Source: Lingula anatina
Taxonomy: Eukaryota > Animalia > Brachiopoda
Reading direction: 5' to 3'
DNA length: 64,000 nt
NCBI GenBank assembly: GCA_051362555.1
Contig: CM120640.1
Span: 2,480,001 to 2,544,000, forward strand
The position numbers and the translations under genes were made by a program. Of the stretch, positions 13,401 through 24,900 are shown in pieces (position 1 is the first letter of the stretch; each line of letters begins with the position of its first letter). The notes under the pieces are model-generated. The model was given only the letters and a program-made list of their open reading frames with translations, did not search any database and had not been told where the DNA came from.

Positions 13401-13863
13401 ATTTGTAAAATTGCGATTTTCCAGTGCTAAAAAGTATCTTGATGGTTTTTCTCCGTATTCTATCCATCTTTCTTTTGATCTTATCATTATGCCTTTTACT
13501 TTTATTTTTCTTATATTTTCCAGTTTCATCTTTTCCTTATTTATCATTTCAAGAATTTCTTCTTTTTTGTCTAATTCGGCCTCATTTTTAAGATCATTCT
13601 CTAGGTCGTTTATAGTATTTTCCACTTGTTTTTCCTCTGACTCTCTTTTCTTTTTTATCCTAGCACCAAAAGCAATCGTTTTCCCCCTAATTTTCATTAA
13701 GAGAGTTTCAAGAAATAGCCCATCGCTTATAGTTAACTGTAAAGAATGTCTGTCAATATTCAGTATGTTATCTCTATTATAGGGCGCTGCTGCATACTCT
13801 AAGATAGTTTCATTGATTATCTGCTTTACCATATCGGCATACTCACTTTCATATAATAGGGCT
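10458..13863 (-). mobile_element. 5'-truncated non-LTR retrotransposon (L1/Tx1 clade)
   Basis: Uninterrupted ORF2 remnant; ~300-nt 3' UTR with (GTGA)n; AATAAA followed by a (TAA)n tail at ~10458-10497. The frame continues upstream of the first Met as ALLYESEYADM and stops at ~13863, near the usual end of the APE endonuclease domain, so ORF1 and the endonuclease are missing. Confidence 0.93.
10797..13832 (-). CDS. LINE ORF2 reverse transcriptase, N-terminally truncated, 1011 aa
   Basis: RT motifs KSPGTDG, LRPISLLN, IDFAKAFDS, GCRQGDPISP and QYADD; C-terminal CxxC...H...C knuckle (CSFCNEHPETLQHFFIEC). Confidence 0.93.
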   Translation of the reverse strand: MVKQIINETILEYAAAPYNRDNILNIDRHSLQLTISDGLFLETLLMKIRGKTIAFGARIKKKRESEEKQVENTINDLENDLKNEAELDKKEEILEMINKEKMKLENIRKIKVKGIMIRSKERWIEYGEKPSRYFLALENRNFTNKSITKLVTDNGNILTEQNEILKETARFYENLFKKQNHKSVDIKTRLENIETPKLTEAEASSLEGKINYAELYTVLRQTKNEKSPGTDGFTYEFFKFFWKELNSFLIRCINEAYEKDKLPITLTRGIIVLLPKHNKPTNLLKNLRPISLLNVVYKLASACITNRIKKVLPILINEDQNGFMAGRYIGENTRTIFDLIEYCDAHEIPGLLMQIDFAKAFDSIDWGFIEKTFEFFDFGESIIKWIKLFLKDSSSCVLVNGFASSFFNLSRGCRQGDPISPHLFILCAEILSIMLKNEIDIKGITIHNQTFLISQYADDTTIVLDGTEKSLRNTLKVLNEFSQFSGLQMNNQKTKLNWFGSKKDSQESMCKELNIDWNERFFRILGIDFSVNLHEMIEKNYRDKLEDMERTMKQWTHRSLTVLGRNVIFKSLILPKMTHLFSTLPIPNKYVDKIQKMCFNFIWNGNIERVKRDIMTQSYSNGGIKVPYIRNYIDSLKISWLRRIMHKNSKWSFFFLSLIPESKGVHWSEMGMSEMQKIKNGSKNAFWNQVIDAWCRLLKNKKIDTKENFLKECLWLNDKIRIKNNPILIRTCNKIGIRNINDLIDTEGNYLTYQQFKERHGNIINYVMFTSILCALKKFQKQMNIDNLHEKIELPIISTQLKWLLKFTKGGKPFYNILNSNEMKKTNAMSKWELLSKEPLTAEEWKILNNIPFQCTLDTKLRWFQFRVSKRILATNNFLRKIGIKDTETCSFCNEHPETLQHFFIECKVIAPLWAKIQDWIHLKTGLVLQLTASDIILGIPNLKCNALNSLLIITKFIIYKFKMKNITPNIENIKIEWRQAYIAERNISLRNMTIDKFNEKWKKLQPLFLD

Positions 13864-16800
13864 TATATATAGGGCTGTATTATGTCCCTTTTTTTTCCTG
13901 TGTGGACAAGTGCTGACTGCTAATCTCTCTATTGCACCATATTCTCTAAGTGACTTCCAAGTTTTATCTATATATATATGTTCATTACAATTATCTAATT
14001 TGTATTTAAAGACACTTGTTACAATGAATGTCCATTGCATTCTTCACTCCAAGTGTGCATGTAGTAATGCTATTGGATGTGGTAGTTGGTAATTGCTTCT
14101 GGTTGTTCTCCCTCTCATCTCACCTGCTGCATTCAAGGTGTTGGTCATCTTCTGTTAGCAGAGTTGAATGTTTGTTTCTTAAATAAGTAGGCATACATAA
14201 ATGTTTCAAATTTTTAATAGTGATTTTGAAATTGTGTCAGTAATTTTTTTTGTTTTGACTTTTGAGTAAGTATGGTCGAGAGCCCTATTTGAGGTTCTCT
14301 GTCATATTCAAAAACTGACATTTGCAGTGGCAGCTCGACATTTGACTGAATTCCCTTGGTAGTTTGTTACAATCTTCCTTTTTAAATTACAGATGGTAAT
14401 GATCAAATTAATGATACTTAATAACCCTCAAGTGTTCATTATTAAGCTGGATTAAAGCTCAGGCTAGACTTACTTTCTTAGTTTAGAAGGCAATAGAAAA
14501 AAATACATACTAACATTATATATATATATATGAAGAACAGAATTCTGAAAGACTATAAACTTCTTGGTTTCCTTGATTTTTTTTATCAAAAATTGTTTAT
14601 CATATGTACAGAAATATTAATGTGAAATTAATTGAAAAATCTGCTCTTTGAATTACTTGGTATTTTAATATACAAATTTATTCAATCTTTAAGTTTCTGA
14701 GTCAGAATACCATATTTGGAATCTAATGGATGACAAAAAAAAAAAAAAAAAAAAAAAAAACTATCAAATAAAACAGAGTTAGAATTTATTTTGGTATATT
14801 TTTATGTAAGTGAGATAAATTACATGTACAGTATTGAGATGTGCTGTCATTGTCATTGTAAATTCATCTCTGACTTACACATTCAGTGCTGGGGATTACT
14901 GTCTCTTCTTTCATTACTTTAGTCTAGCATGGTTAGATTAAGTAATTAGTTGGAAAAGACCTGATAGGAAATAGATGCTCGATAGTTACACCAAAATAAT
15001 CAATGGCTTAAATATTGCAATTAAGAAATTCTCAGCTCCATTTGTACTGCTAATAAGCTGCCCCTATTGGTTGTGTCTGCTGCAGAAATCCTGTGGCTAA
15101 GGGCAGACTTACGTTTGTTTATGAAGAACTACATTTAATGCAACTTTCAACCTTATCTTAGACAAGAATATTTCTTACTCTGCCTCTAACAAGGAAAATA
15201 TCAGATTGGGAGAGAGAGTTACTTAGTCCATTATTGATTTTAAAAAGTTTTAATTGCATGCGCCACTGTTATGTCCTAGGAGAATAGAGAAATTCCCTTT
15301 TGATCTTGTTCATTGAGAGAAAGATGTTATTGAGCCAGCAGCGTGATTTCGTTTAGGGGTTTCTCATTTTCCTCAGATAATGCAATTGAGTTGAAGGATC
15401 CCACTGATATGATCCTCCAATATCATTATGCCTCTAAGTGTAATATGCTGTAGAATTAAGAATAAGACGGAAAAACTATGTAGTAGCCGGGCAATTCACT
15501 AGTATTTTGCTACCTGTGTGCTTTCTGTATTTCATGTGAATGAATGATCTCAAATTTTTTAATGGAAAGCAAGGATATATTGTTACAACATCTGATTCAT
15601 ATTACCCTTGACCTTGGCAGAACAGTCAAATTCTTATTTGTGATGCTAACAAAGTTAACTGTATCAAAGGTGCACAAATGTTGAATTTAAGTTGACCTTG
15701 CGTTGGAACATCCAGTCAGATAACCCCTTGTGAATTTTCAAACACAACTTAAATGTCTGTTCTTATTGTTATACGTTCCATTTTGAAAGTTAACTGCACA
15801 TTAATTTTTGATAGGCCATACATTAGTTTATTTTGTTAATTTGTACTAGTGCTCAGATAATTAATAATAAATAAGTAACGAGCCGTACATGTGCCTCTAT
15901 TTCTATAAAGTGAAAATGTGGCATTATAATATGAATAAAAGAAAAGATAAAAGTGTTGTCACTCCTTTGAACACAGATGTGAGGCTAAGCAAAGCAGACA
16001 AAGTGGGATGTTGGATTTTCAAAATACTGGTACCAACCACTGTGCAGACTATATATATTTATCATGGTGATTATGAGAGAATTTGGGATGCAATTAGAGT
16101 TAGTAATCAGTAATGATTGCAATGAATATTTGGTTGTATAGGATTATGAAGGGCAAATCCCACCTGTAACTTGAATGTCTGCTTTTGATTGTGTAAAGGG
16201 TATAGAAGGAATACAAAAATAGGGGTGTCATTGTTGATATCATATGGTAATTTATCAATATCATACATGAGGACACATAAAGTAGGAGAGTTCTGTAAAT
16301 TGGGTCCTCCATTTACTCCTGCCTGTAACTAGTGTTACCTTGACCTGTGAACACACCTTTGCTACTGAACCCTTGACTATAAACAGTTTGCCCTCTGTTC
16401 TTTTCTTTAATTCAAGTTCTGTTCATTTCTTCATTCTACAGACTGGCAGGCATTTTTATAGGGGGTGGGGGGTGGGTGGGTATGTCATGAAAGAACCTCC
16501 ATTTTGGGTGGAAAATGTCCAATCAAAATTTGTCCTAGATGTTTTATGCCATTTTTCAATTAGGGGTCAACAAAGAGGGTAAAAAAGGTTTATTTTTCAG
16601 AAAATGGACCCTCTTAAAATTGCTGGCCTGATGATAACAACCCAGTTTTCCAGTGTTCCAGAGCTATCCATCCACTACAGCTGATGCCACTGTGGTGATT
16701 AGAAGATAGGAGTGAAGGACTCCGCAGAGTAAACAGCTTTACTGCAAAACTTACTGCCTTCCAGATATTATGAAAGAATACTTAAAGAGCATGTATCTCC

Positions 16801-19800
16801 ATCGTGGAAAAATGTATATAAGCATAATTAAAAAATAACATTAACAATAAAAAGAGACACAGATAAAGCAGAAATTGTAATCACTTCCTATGAAAAAGCT
16901 GCCTTTCCTTAAAATTTCATCAAAAATTTATATTAGATATGAAACTTCCATATCTGTCTATCTATTGGGTGTTTATAATGACTGACCCTCCATACTAAGT
17001 TTTATCCTTAGGGCATTTTCAGGATTTTTCAACGGTTAACTCTTATTTCAGTCACATAAATGAAAACCTTGAAAATGGGACTGAAAGCAGTTGTGATTTT
17101 GTTTCAATTCCAATTGGAAATATATTATTGGAAATATATTGGAAATATATATATATATATATATTTTTTTTTTTTTTCTAGTCTTCTGACTTAAGCGGCT
17201 CTCAGAACTCCATTCATAAGGCCACTGAGCCATTTCATAGTACTTTTTACAACCCCAAATAAATTCTGTATGCATGTGAATGTTGAAGGTGGATGTCATT
17301 GCTGATATGTTAAGGAAAAATAAAAAGCCCAATTTGTCTGGCAAGATGTCTAACGGGCTTTTGCATGCAAGCAGGGTTTTTCACCTTGTCAGACATATTG
17401 GATTGGTCTAAGCGTGTTTGTTAATTGATAACAAATAATTGAGTTTCTACTCTCCAGGAGTGGATAGTCTTAGATGGTTTCTTAGAATTCAAGATATTCC
17501 TAGAACTGTCAACAGTTGAGTGTGATCTGTGATAGGCAATAAAACTCCTTAAATGGAGATGCGTGCAAGAGATTTGATGAGCCGAGGCAAACATGAGTAA
17601 GGAACTGACACTCATGTATGAGATACTGTATAATAACCATGAGCAAGTACGAATTTCGTTTTGTGTATGTCTGAAAGACTCGACAGTAATTTAAACAATT
17701 TCTTTGTATGTATCATTTAGGTGCTGTGTTCTTCATTCAATTTCTTGCAATTTTCCTGTTGATTAAAATGTGCCATCATTTCAGTGGAACATTTTTCATT
17801 TGTTTTTTTTTTTATAGAAAATACCATATCTGCTTACTAGGTAATATCAGTCCGTTTCTTCTTCATACTTCCATCAATTGGTTTTCAGTTTAGAAAATAT
17901 GAAAACACTCAGGAAATGGTTTTGAGCCATATATGTGACCATTAACCTATTAACCTGCCACTTTTTTGTTTCCCCATTTTCACAGATTTTACTCACGTTC
18001 AGTTTCCTTGGATCAATAAAATATATTATATAAGCCAGTTTTGCGTTCCCTGAGTCATACCCCCCCCCCCCCCCCCCCCGAGAAAGGATTCCTCTCTGTA
18101 ATTGTCTTAATACTATCTCACATTCATGCTATTGGCCTCTGAATACTCGAAATGTGAAAAATGAGCTTATAAATTTTTTAAATGCTTTCAGAACTACATA
18201 GTTCAATTTAAAGAAGTAATATACTATCGCAGCTAGAAGTCTGCATCACATACAGATCTCTATCCTGGCTCAGATTTTGAAGTCTCAAGTCGAAGAATCG
18301 GTCCCTACGGTCACATCAGTCGGGACTATAGATGTGCTGATCAAGTTAGAAAAGTTCTGAAGGTGCCTTTGATATCTGAAGGAAACCATGGTGTGATAGG
18401 TGCTGCCACCATAATATTCTGTATAGATTCCTTTGGATGGAATCTTGTCTGCGCTTAAGTGCAGACATGGATTTTTTTCTAATTTAATTTGGAAATCTGA
18501 TTTTTTTTCTTGGTGGTTTTCTGCCTTATGGGGCTCCCAGACCCCCAACCAAGGCTATCAACCCACTTAGTCTATCTGTTATGTTTGTTAATGATCCCAT
18601 GCATTTAGAATCCTTATTTTTAGTACGTAGGATTTGTGGCGCCCCCAAATATCAATTAATAATTTTTTTTTCTTTGGATTGTGCTATGTTTATTCATAGA
18701 CTCGAACTGACTCCACATATTTAATATTTTAGTATTTTTGATGTTTGGCTACTAGAAACACATAGCACAATATGTCTGGCATTACCAATTAATTAGGAAT
18801 AATTTGTTCTGATAATTAGGACGTAATGGTATATTTTGGCATTGAGTCTGAGGTTCACACAGTGGAAAAACATTAACTTACAGATAAACATATACTTAAT
18901 GAACAATTATCCCATGTCCTAGAATGGCGGGGGAAGTTATTAACGAGATGTGCAATAAATTTGATGAGGATGGGTTATGCCATGCACCACTTTGAGTTCT
19001 CTACTTCTATGTCCAGATACAGGCCAAGGCTGAGACAGGCAGATAGTGAGGAGTGTCCTCTAAAACAACTGGACAATAATGACTTCATCTTATCAGTGGG
19101 GAAAATGGGAAAATTGTGAATTTTGCAGATATTGTTTTTTTTTTCATCATAAATTCTATAAATGAGAACATTTCTATTGAACGGTAGCAACAAAATTTGA
19201 AAGGAGGCTACCCTATAGTTCGAGCTATATCTCTTTTATAAAGTAAAAGCACAAAAATGCTATACAGAATATAATTTTAAATGATTCCGAAATTATGGAT
19301 TTGGAAGATTGATATTTTTTCCCCATTCCAAAGATCCAGTCATTACCATATGTGGTAGATCGCAAATTCAGGACATGACATAGTTTGTATGCAGCTGCAT
19401 TGTTGAACCCTACAGCCCCTGCCTTTATAATTTTCAACCCATTATGTTCCGTTATTCATCGAAGGGAGGATGTTTGATGTATTTAATGATTTAGATTGAT
19501 CAGATCAAATCAATTGGGACTACATGCTACTGTAACCTCAACAATGCATGCCAAGTGCAAGGGCCAAGGGGTTATAGATATTCTTAACAGCATTTAGATA
19601 TTATGAGTTTTTAGAGTATTTTCTGTTATTATGTTAGAAAAATGGGATGCTTTAATGTGAGAAAATCTTCAATCTGCATTTTCTTAGAAAATCATTTTTT
19701 TTTTAAACAGTATTGTTTCAAGTTCAACACTTATATTTGAGTTTTTCTTATTTTTAATGGGTATGTTGCTGACGTCAAAGAAATTATCCATCTGCAAGAT

Positions 19801-20099
19801 ATTCATAACATTTATAATTATTATTAAAATTTTCCTTTTGCTCAATTGCAATATACTGCACAGATATATTTATTTTTACAAATTCACAAAGCAACTGTAC
19901 TGGAATTTTTTTCTTGAATTAAAACTGCTCAAATGGTTCATTTAACACATACCATGCCGAGGTAGTATCTCCCTAGAATATCTTCTTAATTCTTATCACA
20001 ATCATTGAAGCTTTTTTTTTTGTCTGTGATAAAACATTTATTTTTAATATCATAATATATCTTTATATATATATATTAGACTATACTTATAGCGCGTGT

Positions 20100-21356
20100 T
20101 TAGCACTGAGATTTTGAGGAGCTGCTGTGACAAGTTGTTGAAGTTGTAGCCGTGCTACTTGTTGTATCATGAGTTACAGAAGCTGGGGCCTTGGGGAATA
20201 TTTCCCTCAGTTCTTCATTCTGAACGTTATTGTTATCTTTCTTCACTGCCAGCAGCAGCAGTCTTACTTTACGAACTCTTGCAGCAAACTTGGGCTGACT
20301 TGGATGAGTCGTGTGCTCTCCACTGCTCTCCTCTAGGCTCTCCGGGTAACATTTCCAGCATAACACCCTCTGCATCATGCGGCGGAAACTCCTCCCAAAT
20401 ACACAGTATATAAGAAAATTAATGGACGAGTTCAAAATAACCATGGCATTACTAAATGGAACGTAAAATCTCTGAAACATGAGCATTTTAGTCCCTAGTT
20501 GTTCTTGCCAGGCGTACATGGCCTGCGTCACAACAGATGGTAGTTGACAGAGAATAAAAGCAATGACAATTACGATAAGTAGGAGGGTGACGTTATGGTC
20601 ATCCTTTTTGGCCGACATGCTGGCCCGGCCAATGCTGGCCCTTCTCCTTTGCCCTCTTCTCAAAGCCATTATAAGGCGGATGTTCAGGTAGGTGAGAATA
20701 CTGATTGGACATATGATGTTGATGGCGAAATAAGATACTATGACATAGCCTATCCTGTAGCCACTGTATGCATAGAGATTCAAGTCAAAATATACTCTAG
20801 TCACATTTTCACAGAAATCATATATCTCCTTCACCTGGACATCAAAGAACCTGGGCAGGTTGTACAGGACAGAAAAGGCCGTCACAAGACCAATCCCTGC
20901 ACGTCCTCGTTCAATTGTTCGTAGAAACTTTGCTCGGTATGGTATGCAGACTGCAATGTAGCGGTCAAAGGTCACGGTAACAACTGTCCATACTGCTCCA
21001 GTATGGGCCATCATGGCAAAAGGCCACACCCATGCCTGTAGATATGGCATATTCCAACTGAAAAACTTCAGCTCTCCTGTGTAAGGATACACGGCTGGCA
21101 AAACGTATACAAAAAGTGTTGTAATTAGAAGGCAAGTGTCTGCCACAGCAACTGCTCGCAGAAGGTAGAATGTTATCGACTTTTTCTTGTCCTGTAAAAG
21201 TATTATTAGTGACAGAATATTTCCTATGACTCCAAATACACAGAGTATACCTGTCACATACACATTCATGATGTAGTTGTACAAGTCCAGTTGAGGTATC
21301 CCCATATTATTGCCATGATCATGACCCTGGCTGCAGTTCTCAGATACATCCATCAT
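20100..21356 (-). CDS. Class A (rhodopsin-like) peptide GPCR, FMRFamide-receptor-like; single coding exon, 418 aa
   Basis: Seven hydrophobic segments with GN in TM1 (GVIGNILS), AVAD in TM2, DRY (FDRYIAVC), CQLP in TM6 and NSSINFLIY in TM7; N-glycosylation sequon near the N-terminus; Ser/Thr-rich tail. A splice acceptor (CTAAT...TTGCTTTTCAG, AG at 21531-21530) upstream of the ATG implies non-coding upstream exon(s). Ligand class is inferred. Confidence 0.9.
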   Translation of the reverse strand: MMDVSENCSQGHDHGNNMGIPQLDLYNYIMNVYVTGILCVFGVIGNILSLIILLQDKKKSITFYLLRAVAVADTCLLITTLFVYVLPAVYPYTGELKFFSWNMPYLQAWVWPFAMMAHTGAVWTVVTVTFDRYIAVCIPYRAKFLRTIERGRAGIGLVTAFSVLYNLPRFFDVQVKEIYDFCENVTRVYFDLNLYAYSGYRIGYVIVSYFAINIICPISILTYLNIRLIMALRRGQRRRASIGRASMSAKKDDHNVTLLLIVIVIAFILCQLPSVVTQAMYAWQEQLGTKMLMFQRFYVPFSNAMVILNSSINFLIYCVFGRSFRRMMQRVLCWKCYPESLEESSGEHTTHPSQPKFAARVRKVRLLLLAVKKDNNNVQNEELREIFPKAPASVTHDTTSSTATTSTTCHSSSSKSQC

Positions 21357-21616
21357 TGTGGATGTGCGATCTGGTTTTGCTTGTAGCGTGTGAGTACAGG
21401 TGGCTGTCAGATACTTCTCTTTGTTCAGACCTGTTTTGACATTTTACTCCACTCCTACTGATCCCGTCCTTATTTTAAGGCAAATGCCCTGGTGAAAACT
21501 CTGGAGTCTACCATTCAGAGAAATCTATCCTGAAAAGCAATTAACGCACTATTAGTATATATACACAACGGTAAAGGAACAAAATTGTTTTAGTTTGGCA
21601 TTTTGGAGATACTTAA

Positions 21617-21953
21617 AGCAATAATAACTCTTTGTTTCGGCCAAAAAATGAATTTTCCTGGAGTAAACAACAATTTTCCCATGCTTACCAATGGTTAATG
21701 AATCCATTTTTACATTCAAAGTTAGTCCCTGGTTTTTTTCTAAAAAGTTTGGTTTTTTGTTAAAATCTCTTAAGAGATTTTAACAAAGTATAGACATCAA
21801 TGGAGGTTACGTGGTCTAAAGACAAGTTCAAATATCAGAATAAAAGCTATAACTGCTGTTTTTGTGGTAAAACAGAATATATTATATTTCTATGAGTTAT
21901 TCACAAGGTTTTTATTGTGAAATATAGGTATCATACAAAGAGTTATTATGCCT
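21617..21953 (+). mobile_element. 337-bp MITE with TTAA target-site duplication (Kolobok-like), copy 1
   Basis: TTAA at 21613-21616 and 21954-21957; TIRs AGCAATAATAACTCTTTG / CAAAGAGTTATTATGCCT; central palindrome GTTAAAATCTCTTAAGAGATTTTAAC; an inverted copy lies at 56731-57067. Confidence 0.85.
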
Positions 21954-24900
21954 TTAACTCGCAATCACCAGAGAATGTTTTTTTAAAGGGAAAGAGTTGA
22001 TTTTTTTGTTAAAAACAAGTTTTGTGATTGATTAAGGTTATATAATTTAAGTACGACCCTGTTTTCAATATTTAAGGGCAAGTGAGTGTTTTTTTTTTTT
22101 TTTTTTTTTTGCATTGAAATAAAGTTTTGTCGCCAACTATTTTATGCCATCATTTCATCAAATTAAACCACTTTTTTGAAAAAAATAGAAAATACGTCTA
22201 AAATATAAATGTCATAATGATGAAATACTATCCAGATGAAAAGATGCTGTATAGTGGAGAGAGGTGACAGGAAATATCATTTGGACTGAAGGGAAATTTT
22301 TCAAAATGCCAAAGAGAAAACATTTATGAAGACTGCATTTAAAAGGAATATACATATTAAAGGAGAAGTTAGGCCTTTGGAAAAAAATTATAGAAGATGC
22401 ATCTGAACTCTCTTTATGATGGAGAACTTTGCAGCACAAAAAAAAAACCACTTTTGCTTCTAAATTAACAAAACTTGTTACCCATCTAAATTAACAAAAC
22501 TTGTTACCCATGGAACTTTCCAGTTAGTGTACATCTGCAGGCTGTCTGTTAAGTAATCGTACAAGCTCTTGTAACGCGAGGTTTAACCTGTCACAACTTC
22601 TGGGAAACATGCCAGAAAATGGTGCAGCAGAGTATTCAACTGGAATATGCTAGTAATTCAGTTACTGCTTACCAGATCAAATTTATTTTCTGTGTTTTAC
22701 ATTTATGCTTGATTAAGAATACTGTCTTGCATGTTAAATTGTCATGTTCCATTTTTGTATTAAAGACGTAAACAAGCACTTTATCGAAAAAGTTATCATA
22801 AGTACATGTAACCCTATTGACGACAGGGGTTTAGCAGTGATGTAAACCCATCAGCAGAAAGAAAACTGGTAAAAGGAGTGGGATTGTGATGTCGACACCA
22901 TGTTAGAAGTAGCCTGTGTCTTGCTGGCTCTGCGGAATTTTACAGTTAGGCTGGTGAAATTTTCTACTTTTTGATCTTGTGGACTGATTTGACCATCAGG
23001 TCTCGAGCTAAATGAAGCATTGTTTCCTTTTTTCCAAATTAGAAAAAAAATGTTTTCATTAAAAAAAGTAACATGTCAGAGGTTACAAGTATTTTATCTC
23101 TGAGCTACAAATTTTACCCCAGTCTTTTCTTTTTACCATTTGATCCCAACTTCTGTTGTCTAATACTTTTTAAGGTATGAGATATTTTGGTAATTATTCT
23201 GATTAATTGTTGCTCAATATGTGTCAAAAGAGACAAAAATGTGTTTATCAAAGTTGTTTTTGCCTTCATTTTTTGTTTTAAGTTTTTTCTTTCTGTTTTG
23301 AACTAGAATGAATATGTGAAATCAGTTTTAGAAGTACTTTTACGTAGGAGGTAAGATCAGACAGTTCACTTGATCTATTGAACAGGATGGTTAGTGAAAA
23401 AAAAAAGAAAATAAGAGCAAAAAAAAACAATATTTTTGATGCTACGATGTATATTTCCATATGCAGTTGATATTTTCTTTGCAGTTTTCAAAAGCCTTTA
23501 TTTAATGTGGAAAACGAATATTTATGAAACCTAATTTTTTTTAAGTTTGATCTTTGGCTATTTTAAAAGCTGTTAAAAGCATTTCTATGTGAAGTATGCT
23601 GTCATTTTCATAGGTAGATAAATCTAGACATGTGGTTCTTCGACTTCAGGTGGCAGAGGCAGGAAGTCAGTCATGTACTCCGGCTGTGTGGGAGGTAAAA
23701 AAACAGGGACTTCGTGGTAATTCAAAAAACATCAAACACAAGGAAGCTGACATCTGTAGGTTTTTGTGTTCCTGTCTTCCAAGGGATGAAGTGAAGTATT
23801 AAATGTAGTGATGAGTGGAGTTTGATGTTCCTACTCATGGTTCTAACAGGTTCTAAGGCAAAATGCATTTAGTATTCAACAATGCATAAACAATAAAGGG
23901 TCACTTGTGAGACTCCTTGTTTTAGATTGCAAAATGCCTGGATCATTATGACTTTGCCCTTTGTTGAAATTAAATCCAACTTCCTTCAATTTAGAATACT
24001 TTTTGAAAGAGAAGTGTGGGTTGATAGTCACTGTAATCAAGGAGTTATAACTCCTTGCTGTAATTGGCTGGTCATATATTCCCTTGAAGAAATGATAAAA
24101 AACTGTTTTCTAGCCTGTTTTTTTCACCAGCAGATCAATGATAGATTAAATCCTGCAAGTATTGGTTTTATGTGACCCATGTCTGTACTGGTGAACTTTG
24201 CAGTGTGATTTCTGGTATAAAATCCCATTGATATTGGCAATTACTGTGAAACAGATATGATATTTACTGTAAGAAAAAAAGAGGAATTAATTAATTTCTC
24301 TTTAAGCACTATGTTTAATCACATTCCAGGAATTGAAATGAACTCGGCCGAACACAGGCTGGTGCTGGGTGTGGAATTTGTTTTCTTTCACTTTGAACAT
24401 TAAACCATGATAATCCCACGTATCTACACTAAGTTCACCTCCCTCAGCGGTAATAGCATAGAACTTATATCGGGCCAGGACAAAGCTTAACTTTGAATAA
24501 TACTAATATTTTATTAGTGGAAAGCTGTATTTTGTGAAGTCTCCTTATCCTAGCGGAGTAATAATTGACCATATCACAAGATTTCCCAGGGAATAGGAGA
24601 CCATAAAGCCTTGCCTCACTTCTTAATTTAATCAAATTGCGTATATAATGTTACCATGTGCCTGGATATATGGCGGACATAAAAATAGAAGGGTGGGAAG
24701 ACGGCTGATTTTCATTTCACTTTAGCGTGCATTCTAAAAATATTGTTGATTGCCTTTTCAGTAACTTGCAAAAACATTGTCACTTATTGATCCCCATCTG
24801 ATAAATTTACTACAAGAGCAACAAAACCAAAATTACTACAAATTTATACAGCTTTGGGATTAGACATGGAAATACGAAGTGTTCAAAGACTGCTGTCTCA

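Noticed and set aside
12610-13782. Plus-strand ORFs of 173 and 148 aa
   Set aside because: Antisense shadows of the LINE ORF2 with no protein motifs.
20159-20924. Plus-strand ORFs overlapping the GPCR
   Set aside because: Antisense shadows of a real coding exon.
22459-22511. Short exact tandem duplications (26 bp here; 20 bp at ~55165-55204)
   Set aside because: Ordinary slippage-type duplications with no further structure.
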